34,885 nucleotides of DNA. It comes from Nitrospirota bacterium. GTDB taxonomy: Bacteria; Nitrospirota; Thermodesulfovibrionia; Thermodesulfovibrionales; UBA1546. The translations under genes and the position numbers were made by a program. This document shows, in pieces, positions 1-9,009 of the stretch (position 1 is the stretch's first letter; every line of letters begins with the position of its first letter). A model generated the notes under the pieces. It searched no databases. It saw only the letters and a program-made list of their open reading frames with translations, and had not been told where the DNA came from. The stretch lies in assembly GCA_004298625.1 (NCBI GenBank), contig SCSY01000159.1, positions 1-34,885 on the forward strand. The letters are read 5' to 3'.

Positions 1-19
1 AGGTATCGGCGGGATAGCA

Positions 20-3000
20 ATGGCAGGCTGGGCAATAAATTGGATTATCATCGCAAGGATCAAATCTGATTACGTCCCGATGGCGCCAAGCACGGCTCTA
101 TGTTTTATCTTATTGAGCGGTTCATTATTTCTGCAGCTGCTACGTCGCGGGCGTCCTCTAAGCCGCATGCTTTCGAGCGCAGGCGCATTGCTGGTTTTGC
201 TTATATGCTCTGTAATACTTATCGGATTTTTTAAAGGGATAAGGTTTGAGCTTGAACATTCCCTGTTTAAACAGAGTGAAGAACTCGGCAATATTCCCGT
301 AGGCCACATGTCTCCGATTACAGCTTTGGGCTTTTTGCCGGCAGGGTTAGCGGTTTTGTCATTGGCTGTTTCTACTGTGGAGCAGCGATTCAAAAATATG
401 GCGGTATGCCTTGCCGCCCCTGCCGTTGCAACAGGGCTTGTAACAGCATTGGGTTATCTTCACGGTTCGCCGGTATTATATGGCGGGAACATAATCCCTG
501 TAGCTCTGCCGACAGCTATTGCCTTTTTGTTTCTGGGACTGGGACTCATCGCCGCTTCAGGGACGGATGTTTTTCCTCTTCGGTTATTTATAGGGTCTTC
601 CGTGCGGGCCAGGTTGATGCGGGCCTTTCTTCCTGCCGCTATCGGCATCATCCTGATCGTCGGCTGGCTGGATGCCTTTATTCTTTCCCCTTTAGTGAAA
701 AGCCCTGCATGGTCGTCCGCTCTGGCCACAGGAGTATCCGTAATTATCTTCGGCATTATCATCTCAAAAATATCACAGGTTATCGGAAACAGCATTGACA
801 GCGCCATCGCCGAGCGCAAAAAGGCAGAGGCCGCGCTGTGTGCAAGTGAATCGAGTCTTTCCGAAGCGCAGAGGATCGGCCATATGGGGAACTGGGATTG
901 GGATATTCAGACAAATGAACTGCGTTGGTCTGATGAGATATATCGTATTTTCGGTTTGACCCCTCAGAGCTTCGGCGCAACTTATGATGCGTTTTTAAAT
1001 TCCGTGCACCCGGGCGACAGGGAATATGTTAAGGGAAAAGTTAAAGAGGCTTTATATAAGATGAAGCCTTACGGCATAGACCATCGCATTGTCTTGCCGG
1101 ACGGTCTGGAGCGAATTGTTCACGAACAGGGAGAGGTCCTGTTTAACGAAGCCGGAAAACCCATACGCATGATCGGAACGGTTCAGGATATCACCGGGAG
1201 CAAAAAGGCTGAGGAAGAATTACTCAGACTTAACAGGACGCTCAAAACGATCTCCGAATGCAATCAGGCCCTTGTGCGGGCCACAAGTGAAAAGAAGCTG
1301 CTCGGCGATATATGCAGGATCATCAAAGAATACGGAGGTTATCGCATGGCGCTGGTAGGTTATACGGAACAGAATGAGGAGAAAACAGTATGCGCCGTTG
1401 CGCAGGCAGGATACGAAGAAGGTTTTCTTGAAACAGTAAAGCTGACTTGGGCTGATACGGAATCAGGCAACGGGCCTATCGGCACGGCAATCAGGACCCG
1501 CAATATGGCTGTTTTTAAAAATGTTAATTCCGGGCAATATCCTGCTTTATGGCGCTCGGCGGCTGTTAAGCGGGGATATAGCTCTGCCGTGGGGCTGCCG
1601 TTGATATCAAATGCGGAGATATTAGGCGCTATTGCCATTTATTCATCGGAATCCGAGGCCTTTGACGATGAGGAACTTAAACTGCTTGTGGAGCTTTCGG
1701 AAGACTTGGCATTCGGCATCGCTGTATTGCGTATGCGCGCAGAGCGCATACATGCCGGAGAAAAGCTGCGTGAGAGCGAGGAGCGTTACAGGCAGCTTCT
1801 CGGCTCCTTAACAAGCTATATTTACACTGTCCGGGTGGAAAACGGCCGTTCGGCTGAAACCATACACAGTCCGGCCTGCGCAGCGGTAACAGGTTATGAT
1901 GCGGAAGAATACAAGAAAGACCCTGAGCTCTGGTACAACATGATCCATGAAGACGACAGGGGTCTTGTTATGGAGCATGTGTCCAATATCCTGCAGAGGA
2001 GGATCGCCTCTTCCGTAGAACACCGGATATCCCATAAGGACGGCTCTATTCGCTGGGTGCGGGATACCATGGTTCCGAAATTCGATGATCACGGACAACT
2101 TATTGCTTATGACGGCCTTGTTGCGGATATCACCGAACGCAAAACCGCAGAGGAGGCCATAAAAGGATATAACCTTGAACTCGAAGAAAAGGTCAGGGAA
2201 AGGACCGGCGATCTTAAGAAGGCCAACAGGGGACTTAAGGCGCTGAATAAAGAGGCCGAAGAGGCAAAAATTCAGGCGCTTGAGGCAAACAAGGCAAAGT
2301 CTGATTTTCTGGCCAACATGAGCCATGAACTAAGGACCCCGCTTAACTCGATAATCGGATTTTCAGAAGTTCTTCAGGATGAATTGTTTGGAAAACTGAA
2401 TGCAAAACAAAAAGATCATATCTCAAATATCTACGGCAGCGGGAAACATTTGTTATCTCTTATTAACGACATACTCGACCTGTCAAAGATTGAATCCGGC
2501 AAGATGGAACTCGAAGTAAGCAGATTTTTACTGAAGGATATGCTTAATGGTTCTGTGCTTATTTTTAAAGAAAAGGCTATGAAACAGGATATTGAGCTTA
2601 GCCTCAGGATTGAACCTGATGCGGACATCGAGATAGAGGCGGATGCGAGGAAATCAAAGCAGATAATGTTTAACCTGCTGAGCAATGCGCTTAAATTTAC
2701 GCCGAAAGGGGGAAGCGTGAGCGTGAGCGCACGCCTGATTTCGGATTTCGGATTTCGGAATGCGGAATTGAAAGACGAAAAATCAGCAATCCGCAATCAG
2801 CAATCCGCAATGGCCGGAGATTTCATCGAAATCAGCGTCGCTGACACCGGCGTAGGAATAAAGGCCGGGGATATGCCGAAACTATTTAAGGAATTTACAC
2901 AGCTTGAATCTGCGTATACCAAAAGCTATGAAGGCACGGGCCTTGGCCTTGCGCTCTCAAAAAAGCTTGTTGAACTTCACGGCGGAAAGATCCGGGCCGA

Positions 3001-3091
3001 GAGCGAACCTGGCAAGGGGAGCAGGTTTGTGTTTGTCATCCCGGTAAGGCATTCCAAAGATACATCGGGTCCCGGAGCCCGGAAGGAATAA
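20..3091 (+). CDS. Multi-domain sensor histidine kinase (polytopic membrane N-terminus, PAS, GAF, PAS, HisKA, HATPase_c)
   Basis: 1023-aa ORF. Several hydrophobic helices in the first ~250 aa. PAS-like GNWDWD..LRWSDEIYRIFG. H-box MSHELRTPLNSI, N box NLLSNALKFTP, G1 DTGVGI, G2 GTGLGLALS. Its stop lies 1 nt before the next ATG. Confidence 0.9.
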   Translation: MAGWAINWIIIARIKSDYVPMAPSTALCFILLSGSLFLQLLRRGRPLSRMLSSAGALLVLLICSVILIGFFKGIRFELEHSLFKQSEELGNIPVGHMSPITALGFLPAGLAVLSLAVSTVEQRFKNMAVCLAAPAVATGLVTALGYLHGSPVLYGGNIIPVALPTAIAFLFLGLGLIAASGTDVFPLRLFIGSSVRARLMRAFLPAAIGIILIVGWLDAFILSPLVKSPAWSSALATGVSVIIFGIIISKISQVIGNSIDSAIAERKKAEAALCASESSLSEAQRIGHMGNWDWDIQTNELRWSDEIYRIFGLTPQSFGATYDAFLNSVHPGDREYVKGKVKEALYKMKPYGIDHRIVLPDGLERIVHEQGEVLFNEAGKPIRMIGTVQDITGSKKAEEELLRLNRTLKTISECNQALVRATSEKKLLGDICRIIKEYGGYRMALVGYTEQNEEKTVCAVAQAGYEEGFLETVKLTWADTESGNGPIGTAIRTRNMAVFKNVNSGQYPALWRSAAVKRGYSSAVGLPLISNAEILGAIAIYSSESEAFDDEELKLLVELSEDLAFGIAVLRMRAERIHAGEKLRESEERYRQLLGSLTSYIYTVRVENGRSAETIHSPACAAVTGYDAEEYKKDPELWYNMIHEDDRGLVMEHVSNILQRRIASSVEHRISHKDGSIRWVRDTMVPKFDDHGQLIAYDGLVADITERKTAEEAIKGYNLELEEKVRERTGDLKKANRGLKALNKEAEEAKIQALEANKAKSDFLANMSHELRTPLNSIIGFSEVLQDELFGKLNAKQKDHISNIYGSGKHLLSLINDILDLSKIESGKMELEVSRFLLKDMLNGSVLIFKEKAMKQDIELSLRIEPDADIEIEADARKSKQIMFNLLSNALKFTPKGGSVSVSARLISDFGFRNAELKDEKSAIRNQQSAMAGDFIEISVADTGVGIKAGDMPKLFKEFTQLESAYTKSYEGTGLGLALSKKLVELHGGKIRAESEPGKGSRFVFVIPVRHSKDTSGPGARKE
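2737..2811 (+). repeat. In-frame heptamer-array inverted repeat: GATTTCG-type x5, spacer, AATCMGC-type x4
   Basis: Direct reading: GATTTCG x3, GAATGCG, GAATTGA, then aagacgaaa, then AATCAGC AATCCGC AATCAGC AATCCGC AAT. The arms are approximately complementary. 75 nt, translated as part of kinase 1. Confidence 0.8.
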
Positions 3092-3092
3092 A

Positions 3093-3467
3093 ATGTCCGA
3101 AAAGATACTTATTGCCGAGGATAACGAGAACAACAGGAAATTGATAAGTGATATCCTGGTCTATTACGGCTATGAAGTCGTAGAGGCCAAAGACGGGGCC
3201 GAGGCCGTTGAAATGGTTGCCGGAGAAAAGCCTGACTTGATACTTATGGATATACAGATGCCTGTCATGGACGGTTTAACAGCGCTCAAAATAATAAGAA
3301 ATGATTTAAAGATGAAGGGGGTAAAGATTATTGCCCTTACGTCCTTTGCAATGAAGGGCGACAGAGAAAGATTTTTGAAAGTCGGGTTTGATGATTATAT
3401 CACAAAGCCCATAGACACCAGGATATTGCCCGGAATAGTTAAAAATATTCTGGCGGGGAAACGCTGA
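3093..3467 (+). CDS. Single-domain response regulator (CheY-like receiver)
   Basis: 124 aa. [10 protein letters not shown], phospho-acceptor context [19 protein letters not shown] and KP motifs. Stop 1 nt before the next ATG. Confidence 0.9.
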   Translation: MSEKILIAEDNENNRKLISDILVYYGYEVVEAKDGAEAVEMVAGEKPDLILMDIQMPVMDGLTALKIIRNDLKMKGVKIIALTSFAMKGDRERFLKVGFDDYITKPIDTRILPGIVKNILAGKR

Positions 3468-3468
3468 A

Positions 3469-4800
3469 ATGGATAAATTTTTCGAGAGGATAAGCATCGA
3501 GGGCAAAAGCCTGCGCAACAACCTCACCGTTATAGCGACGCTTATGTATGTGCTGCCTTCTGCCGTAATGCTTTATATTTTGCACAAGGAAAATATCCTG
3601 CCGGATGTCATAACGCCCTACATTTTCATGTATAGCCTTACCATCCTGCTTGCGCTTGCAGGCCTGTTCATTCTGAGGAGAATTTTTCTGGATTTTCTAA
3701 GAATAATCAATTCCGTGAAAATGGTTGAATCAGGCAGCATAAATACAATAGAGATTTCCAAAAGCGCCGAAGAACTCAGGGATATAGCGGTTATATTCAA
3801 TAAATTCATAAAAAGGCTTGAGGAGACAACGCTTCTCCTGGATAAAGAAACGGAAAAACTTAAGCAGGAGACGTTAAGGCGTGAAAAGGCGGAATGGGAA
3901 TTGCGCAAGCTGAATGAGGAACTCGAATTGAAGATTAAAGAAAGGACCAGGGAGCTTGAAACAGCCAGGGACGCTGCAGAGGCTGCCAGTTGCGCCAAGA
4001 CGGAGTTTATAGCAAACATGAGCCATGAGATAAGGACGCCGCTCAACTCCATAATAGGATTTTCCGAGGTTCTGCATGACGGCCTGTTTGGACCGTTGAA
4101 TGAAAAGCAGAAGGAATATGTGAGCGATATACTGCTTGGCGGAAGAAACCTGCTTGAACTTATTCTGAATATTCTCGATTTTTCAGGGCTGGAATCAGGC
4201 GCCCTTAGAATTCAAAAAACAAGGTTTTTATTGAAGGATATTTTAAATTCATCCGTAACAGAGATGTCTGAAGTTCTAAAGACCCGCCATATAAATGTAA
4301 CACTTGAAATAGAACCCGATGCAGGCAAGGAGATCGAGGCGGATCGGGAAAAACTAAAACGGATAATATCGAATCTTATGAAAAATGCCGTGAAGTTCAC
4401 GCCGGATGGGGGCTTCGTGAGCGTGAGCGCACGGAAAGGGATTAGGGATTTGGGATTAGGGATTGGCGAAAAAGAACTAACCCCGGGACCCCAATCCCCA
4501 ACCCCTGATGCCGATTTCATAGAAATCAGCGTCGCCGACACCGGCATCGGAATAAAATCAGAGGACTTTCCAATGCTTTTCAAAGAATTTACACAGCTTG
4601 AAACGCCGTATACGAAAAAATACAAGGGCGCGGGTCTGGGGCTTGCGCTGACAAAGAAACTTGTAGCGCTTCTCGGCGGAAAGATATGGGTCGAAAGTGA
4701 ATTCGGCAAGGGAAGCAAGTTCACTTTTGCGGTGCCCATAAAGCAGGAAGCGCCCCGGGTTTCCGAATTCTTTCATGGAGGAACTAATGAATCCGACTAA
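3469..4800 (+). CDS. Membrane sensor histidine kinase (2 TM, coiled coil, HisKA, HATPase_c); paralogue of the 20..3091 kinase core
   Basis: H-box [13 protein letters not shown] box [12 protein letters not shown]1 DTGIGI, G2 GAGLGLALT. The DHp/CA region aligns residue by residue with kinase 1, for example GFSEVL, RFLLKD, IEPDA..EIEAD, VSVSAR and [11 protein letters not shown]. Confidence 0.9.
   Translation: MDKFFERISIEGKSLRNNLTVIATLMYVLPSAVMLYILHKENILPDVITPYIFMYSLTILLALAGLFILRRIFLDFLRIINSVKMVESGSINTIEISKSAEELRDIAVIFNKFIKRLEETTLLLDKETEKLKQETLRREKAEWELRKLNEELELKIKERTRELETARDAAEAASCAKTEFIANMSHEIRTPLNSIIGFSEVLHDGLFGPLNEKQKEYVSDILLGGRNLLELILNILDFSGLESGALRIQKTRFLLKDILNSSVTEMSEVLKTRHINVTLEIEPDAGKEIEADREKLKRIISNLMKNAVKFTPDGGFVSVSARKGIRDLGLGIGEKELTPGPQSPTPDADFIEISVADTGIGIKSEDFPMLFKEFTQLETPYTKKYKGAGLGLALTKKLVALLGGKIWVESEFGKGSKFTFAVPIKQEAPRVSEFFHGGTNESD
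4438..4505 (+). repeat. In-frame heptamer-array inverted repeat: GGGATTN x4, spacer, C-rich arm
   Basis: GGGATTA GGGATTT GGGATTA GGGATTG, then gcgaaaaagaact, then AACCCC GGG ACCCC AATCCCC AACCCC. GGGATTG (4459-4465) pairs exactly with CAATCCC (4492-4498). Translated as [23 protein letters not shown]. Confidence 0.8.
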
Positions 4801-6340
4801 ACCCAAAATACTTTGTGTTGACGATGAGCCTGCAAATCTTAAACTCCTCGAAGCAATGCTTGAGCCGAGAGGTTATGAGGTGGTCAAGGCTGAGGACGGC
4901 ATAGAGGCGCTGGAGAAGATTAAAGAGCACAATATCGCCCTTGCGCTTCTGGATGTTATGTTGCCGAAGGTCAATGGTTTCGAGGTCTGCAGGATGATTA
5001 AAGGCGATGAAATGTACAGGCATATCCCCGTAGTTTTTGTTACCGGCCTGACGGCGCAGGAAGACAGGATAAAGGGCATTGCGGCAGGCGCGGAGGACTT
5101 TGTATCCAAACCCTTTGACCAGGGAGAGATACTTGCGAGGATAGATATGCTTCTCAAGGTCAGGGATCTGAACAACAGGCTCAATTCCGCATATAACACG
5201 ATAACAAATCTGATAACCTTCGGGAAAAACATAGCAATGACTTTTGACCCGCTTGATTTCGACTTCCTGTCGAGGATTGACAGCAGCATTGCCCGGTTTA
5301 TAAAAAACTCGCCCGACATGATTGACAAGCCTCAGATTGTCGTTGTCGGCATAGCCTCGGCTTCTTCACCCCTACTCGTTAGGGGAGGCGCGGCAGGAGG
5401 ATGGCAGTGGTATAGGTATGAGTCGGACTCAGGCGAGTTGAGAAGGACGCCGATTGATTCCGGCATCTATAAGTATCTGGAATTGCCTCCTGACGGCAGT
5501 TCAAAAACAGCCTTTTATAACGAGGCTGATTTAAGGGGATCGGGGTTGGGATTGTTTACTGACAAGCTTGAGACGATGTCGGTCAAGGCGTCGAATATGG
5601 TCTGTTTTGTAAGCGGAGCTTTCTGCGTCTTTGCCGTTAATTATGCCAGGGCTGTTTCCATGTTCGATGCAGAGGTGTTAAACAGCATAGTGATGCAGGA
5701 CCTTTATTTAAAATCCCTTGCGTCTCAGGTAAAGGAGACGGAGGATGCCTTCGATTACCTTGTATTTGCCCTTGCAAGGGCGGCGGAAGCCAATGACGAG
5801 GATACAGGGAATCATATCATGAGGGTCGGCGAGTATTGCGCGCTTATAGCACGGCAGCTCGGGATGCCGGAGAAGTTTTCGGATATTTTCCGCATCCAGG
5901 CCACCCTCCACGACGTTGGAAAAATCCATGTGTCTCCGCTGGTGCTCAAAAAACCGGGGAAGCTTACGCCGGAGGAATTCGAGCAAATGAAAAGGCATCC
6001 CGTATATGGAGCCATGATACTCGGAGATCATGTTAGGCTTAAACTTGCAAAATCCATAGCCCTTACGCATCACGAAAGATGGGATGGAAGCGGTTATCCT
6101 TACGGGCTGAAGGGCGAGCAGATACCTATAGAAGGAAGAATATTAAACATAGCAGACCAGTATGATGCCCTGAGGAACCCGCGTCCCTATAAACCTGCCC
6201 TGGATCACCCGACAACATATAAAATAATCGCAGAGGGCGACGGCAGGACCTTGCCGGGCCATTTCGATCCTGCAGTGCTGAAGGCATTTAAAGAAACCGT
6301 CTCACAATTTGAAGATATTTATGAAAGGCTGAAGGGATAG
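4775..6340 (+). CDS. Response regulator with C-terminal HD-GYP phosphodiesterase domain (RpfG-like); central ~200 aa of unknown function
   Basis: REC motifs [26 protein letters not shown] motifs [29 protein letters not shown]. Overlaps the kinase 2 stop. An alternative ATG at 4787 follows GGAGGA. Confidence 0.9.
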   Translation: MEELMNPTKPKILCVDDEPANLKLLEAMLEPRGYEVVKAEDGIEALEKIKEHNIALALLDVMLPKVNGFEVCRMIKGDEMYRHIPVVFVTGLTAQEDRIKGIAAGAEDFVSKPFDQGEILARIDMLLKVRDLNNRLNSAYNTITNLITFGKNIAMTFDPLDFDFLSRIDSSIARFIKNSPDMIDKPQIVVVGIASASSPLLVRGGAAGGWQWYRYESDSGELRRTPIDSGIYKYLELPPDGSSKTAFYNEADLRGSGLGLFTDKLETMSVKASNMVCFVSGAFCVFAVNYARAVSMFDAEVLNSIVMQDLYLKSLASQVKETEDAFDYLVFALARAAEANDEDTGNHIMRVGEYCALIARQLGMPEKFSDIFRIQATLHDVGKIHVSPLVLKKPGKLTPEEFEQMKRHPVYGAMILGDHVRLKLAKSIALTHHERWDGSGYPYGLKGEQIPIEGRILNIADQYDALRNPRPYKPALDHPTTYKIIAEGDGRTLPGHFDPAVLKAFKETVSQFEDIYERLKG

Positions 6341-6382
6341 AGCTTAAAGCATTTTCCGTCCGTTTTTTTCTGAGCATCCCCC

Positions 6383-6410
6383 TTGACATTTGGTTTGTAT
6401 TTGATAGGAT
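6383..6410 (+). promoter_or_regulatory. Candidate sigma70-type promoter upstream of the SOD gene
   Basis: TTGACA (6383-6388), 16-nt spacer, TAGGAT (6405-6410), in the only sizeable gap after the two-component operon. Confidence 0.35.
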
Positions 6411-6514
6411 GTGTTTAAGAGGCTGCTTCAAAGGCAGGGCCTATGATTTAAATCATAAAAATACTATTCGTAAAGTGGTAGATTTTTTTCAGGGAAAGGA
6501 TAGAAGCAATATTT

Positions 6515-7198
6515 TTGGAAAGAAGAGAATTCTTAAAAATTACATTAATCGGCGGAGGCGTGCTTTTATCAGGACTTGTGAAACCGGTTTCCGCTGAAAT
6601 AAAAAAGGAGGGAAAGATTATGCCTTATGCAGCAAAGGATTACTCAAAGTTGATAGGAATGGAGGGGTTCAGCGAGACGCTTCTGAAGAACCATTTCACG
6701 CTTTATCAGGGATATGTTACTAATACCAATAAGGCGATGGACATACTCGACCAGATGCTCAAGGACGGAAAAATAGCCACGCCTGAATTTGCGGAGCTCA
6801 AGAGAAGGCTCGGCTGGGAGTTTAACGGCATGAGGCTTCATGAATATTATTTTGAAAATCTTGGAGGAAAGGGGGGATTGGACAAGAGCGGAAAACTTGC
6901 CAAAAAACTTGGCGAAAGTTTCGGCAGTTATGAGGCATGGGAAAAAGATTTCAGGGCAGTCGGCGCGCTGAGAGGCATCGGCTGGGTCGCCCTATATCAG
7001 GACCTGCAGGGCGGAAGGCTGATCAACTTCTGGATAAACGAGCATGATGTATCCCATCCGGCAGGCTGCAACCTGATACTCATCATGGATGTTTTCGAGC
7101 ATGCCTTCATGCTCGATTACGGGCTTAAGAGGGCGGACTATATCGAGGCATTTTTTAAGAATGTTGACTGGAAGGCAGCAGAGGCAAGGGTTAAATAA
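6515..7198 (+). CDS. Fe/Mn-family superoxide dismutase with twin-arginine (Tat) signal peptide
   Basis: TTG start. Tat motif RREFLK followed by a hydrophobic stretch and VSA-E. SOD-like NHFTLYQGYV, RLHEYYF, DVFEHAFMLDYG. An internal AAGGAGG plus ATG at 6620 is a possible alternative start. Confidence 0.75.
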   Translation: MERREFLKITLIGGGVLLSGLVKPVSAEIKKEGKIMPYAAKDYSKLIGMEGFSETLLKNHFTLYQGYVTNTNKAMDILDQMLKDGKIATPEFAELKRRLGWEFNGMRLHEYYFENLGGKGGLDKSGKLAKKLGESFGSYEAWEKDFRAVGALRGIGWVALYQDLQGGRLINFWINEHDVSHPAGCNLILIMDVFEHAFMLDYGLKRADYIEAFFKNVDWKAAEARVK

Positions 7199-7219
7199 TT
7201 TAAGAATAGGGAGGTTTTT

Positions 7220-7684
7220 ATGGCAGAAAAAGCGCCGGGGCGGGCAGGGAAAATGAAGAAGCCCGCAGAATTGTCAAAACAGTTTCTGGATATTATTAAA
7301 GAATGGCAGAGGCTTGAAGACGACACGATAAGATATTCGGAAGAACTGATGAAAAAAACCAACAACAAGCTCGTGAAGATGACAATGGAGATGATAAAGC
7401 ATGACTCACAGAAACACAAGGCCATGCAGCAGATGCTCATAGACAGTATTACAAAAGAGCCGTTTATACTCACTCCCGAGGATCTCAATTCTCTCGGCAA
7501 TGGATTGAACAAACACATGACTGCAGAGGCAAAATCGCTTGAACTGGCCGATGAAGCCTTTCAGAACAGCGAACTTTTTGTAACCAAATATGTGCTCTCT
7601 TATCTGATAGCCGATGAGCAGAAACATCACAGCCTGCTCAGCAAGCTCGATGAGTTGAAGAGGGCGACTGTTTTTGTCACATAA
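7220..7684 (+). CDS. Hypothetical helical protein, possibly ferritin-like four-helix bundle
   Basis: GGGAGG RBS. 154 aa, all-helical composition with two repeats ending DSQKH and DEQKH (the latter ExxH-like). Function not established. Confidence 0.5.
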   Translation: MAEKAPGRAGKMKKPAELSKQFLDIIKEWQRLEDDTIRYSEELMKKTNNKLVKMTMEMIKHDSQKHKAMQQMLIDSITKEPFILTPEDLNSLGNGLNKHMTAEAKSLELADEAFQNSELFVTKYVLSYLIADEQKHHSLLSKLDELKRATVFVT

Positions 7685-7718
7685 AACAATTTAACCGAAT
7701 TTTAAAAGGAGGTTCAAA

Positions 7719-8168
7719 ATGTCCTGTATAAGAGCAAAAGATATAATGCACCCGAGGGTTAGCCTGCCGTCTAAATTGAAGGGGGAAGAGCTTGTTGAAA
7801 AGCTTATGTGCAGTTACCCTGCGCTCCCTGTCGTGAATGACAAGCTTGAGGTTATGGGGGTTGTGTCGGAGTATGACGTTATCAGCGCCGTGAAGGAGGG
7901 AAGAACGATTCATGAGTTCAGCGCGGAAAGCATCATGTCCTGCGGCCATGCGGAACATGAAGGCGTCTGCTCAAAGCCGGTCACTGTTGCCTCTGATACG
8001 CCTATAGAGGAGATAGTCAATCTGTTTTATGAGAATTCTTCTACCCTGACCATTCTGCCGGTCGTAGAGAAGAAAAAGCTTGTGGGAATAATCAGCAGGA
8101 AAAATATAGTTAATGCCCTGGCGGAAAAAGGTTTCTGGAAGGAACACGAATTCAGGAAAAGAGTCTAA
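7719..8168 (+). CDS. CBS-domain pair protein
   Basis: AGGAGG RBS. Two CBS-like units: ALPVVNDKLEVMGVVSEYDVISAV and ILPVVEKKKLVGIISRKNIVNAL. Confidence 0.85.
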   Translation: MSCIRAKDIMHPRVSLPSKLKGEELVEKLMCSYPALPVVNDKLEVMGVVSEYDVISAVKEGRTIHEFSAESIMSCGHAEHEGVCSKPVTVASDTPIEEIVNLFYENSSTLTILPVVEKKKLVGIISRKNIVNALAEKGFWKEHEFRKRV

Positions 8169-8204
8169 ATAGAACGATTGTGTAAGAAAAAGAAGGAGAC
8201 GACG

Positions 8205-8681
8205 ATGAAAATAAAGAGGGTCGAAACATGGTTAACGGTTATGTTTGTTGTTTCCCTGTGTTTCATTTCGTTTGCTCTGGCAGAAGAGCAAAAACACATA
8301 ATGGTTACCCCTGCTGACCTAAAGTGGGCTGATGCACCGACAGTTGCCCCAGGCGCTAAGATCGCCATTATCGAAGGCGTTCTGAAAGAGCCGATGCCTT
8401 TCACGTTGCGCCTTAAGCTTCCTGCCGGCACAAAGCTTCCGCCCCATACCCATCCTGCAGTTGAGCGGGTGACTGTCATCTCAGGCGCTCTTTATCTTGG
8501 GATAGGGGAGAAGTTCGAGCCGAAAAATGCGAAGGCATTCAACGCAGGCAGCGTGGCTATAATGCCCGTCGGGATGAAGATGTTCGCATTTACAAAAAAG
8601 GAGACCATTATTCAGCTTCACGGCACAGGGCCATGGGGGATCAGCTACATAGATCCTGCTGATGCTCCGAAAACTAAATAA
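8205..8681 (+). CDS. Secreted cupin-domain protein
   Basis: AAGGAG sits 6 nt before the ATG at 8205; the track ORF begins at an upstream TTG at 8178. Signal-like MKIKRVETWLTVMFVVSLCFISFALA. Cupin motif PPHTHPAVERVTVISG. Confidence 0.7.
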   Translation: MKIKRVETWLTVMFVVSLCFISFALAEEQKHIMVTPADLKWADAPTVAPGAKIAIIEGVLKEPMPFTLRLKLPAGTKLPPHTHPAVERVTVISGALYLGIGEKFEPKNAKAFNAGSVAIMPVGMKMFAFTKKETIIQLHGTGPWGISYIDPADAPKTK

Positions 8682-8742
8682 ATGAAGTTGAAGGCAGGGA
8701 GGATAATGGCGCGGGCGCTTAAGCTGTCCGGCGGTTAATGTT

Positions 8743-9009
8743 ATGGATACAGAGGTGAGGGAGATAAAGGAGCTTGCGAAAAAATTCACTCCCCGGCAGA
8801 TAGAGGGATGTATTACCCAGCAATTGGAGACAGGCGAAAATATATGCCTGAGAAATGAGGCGGCAGAGAAGGTTATAAGCGAGCTTGCAAAAGCCGAATT
8901 TGTAAGGGAATTGATGGCCGAAAAAGGGATAAGTCTTGCAGATGCATTGAGGGAACTGGCAAGAAGGATGAGGATGCTGAAGGAAGGATTTAAGGGCGAG
9001 GGCAAATGA
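8743..9009 (+). CDS. Hypothetical small protein (88 aa)
   Basis: ORF whose stop overlaps the next start (ATGA at 9006-9009). Helical and charged composition. No family recognised. Confidence 0.45.
   Translation: MDTEVREIKELAKKFTPRQIEGCITQQLETGENICLRNEAAEKVISELAKAEFVRELMAEKGISLADALRELARRMRMLKEGFKGEGK

Noticed and set aside
6409-6597. 62-aa ORF upstream of, and overlapping, the SOD gene
   Set aside because: It runs through the promoter region and the Tat-leader coding region in another frame. Basic low-complexity sequence with no RBS.
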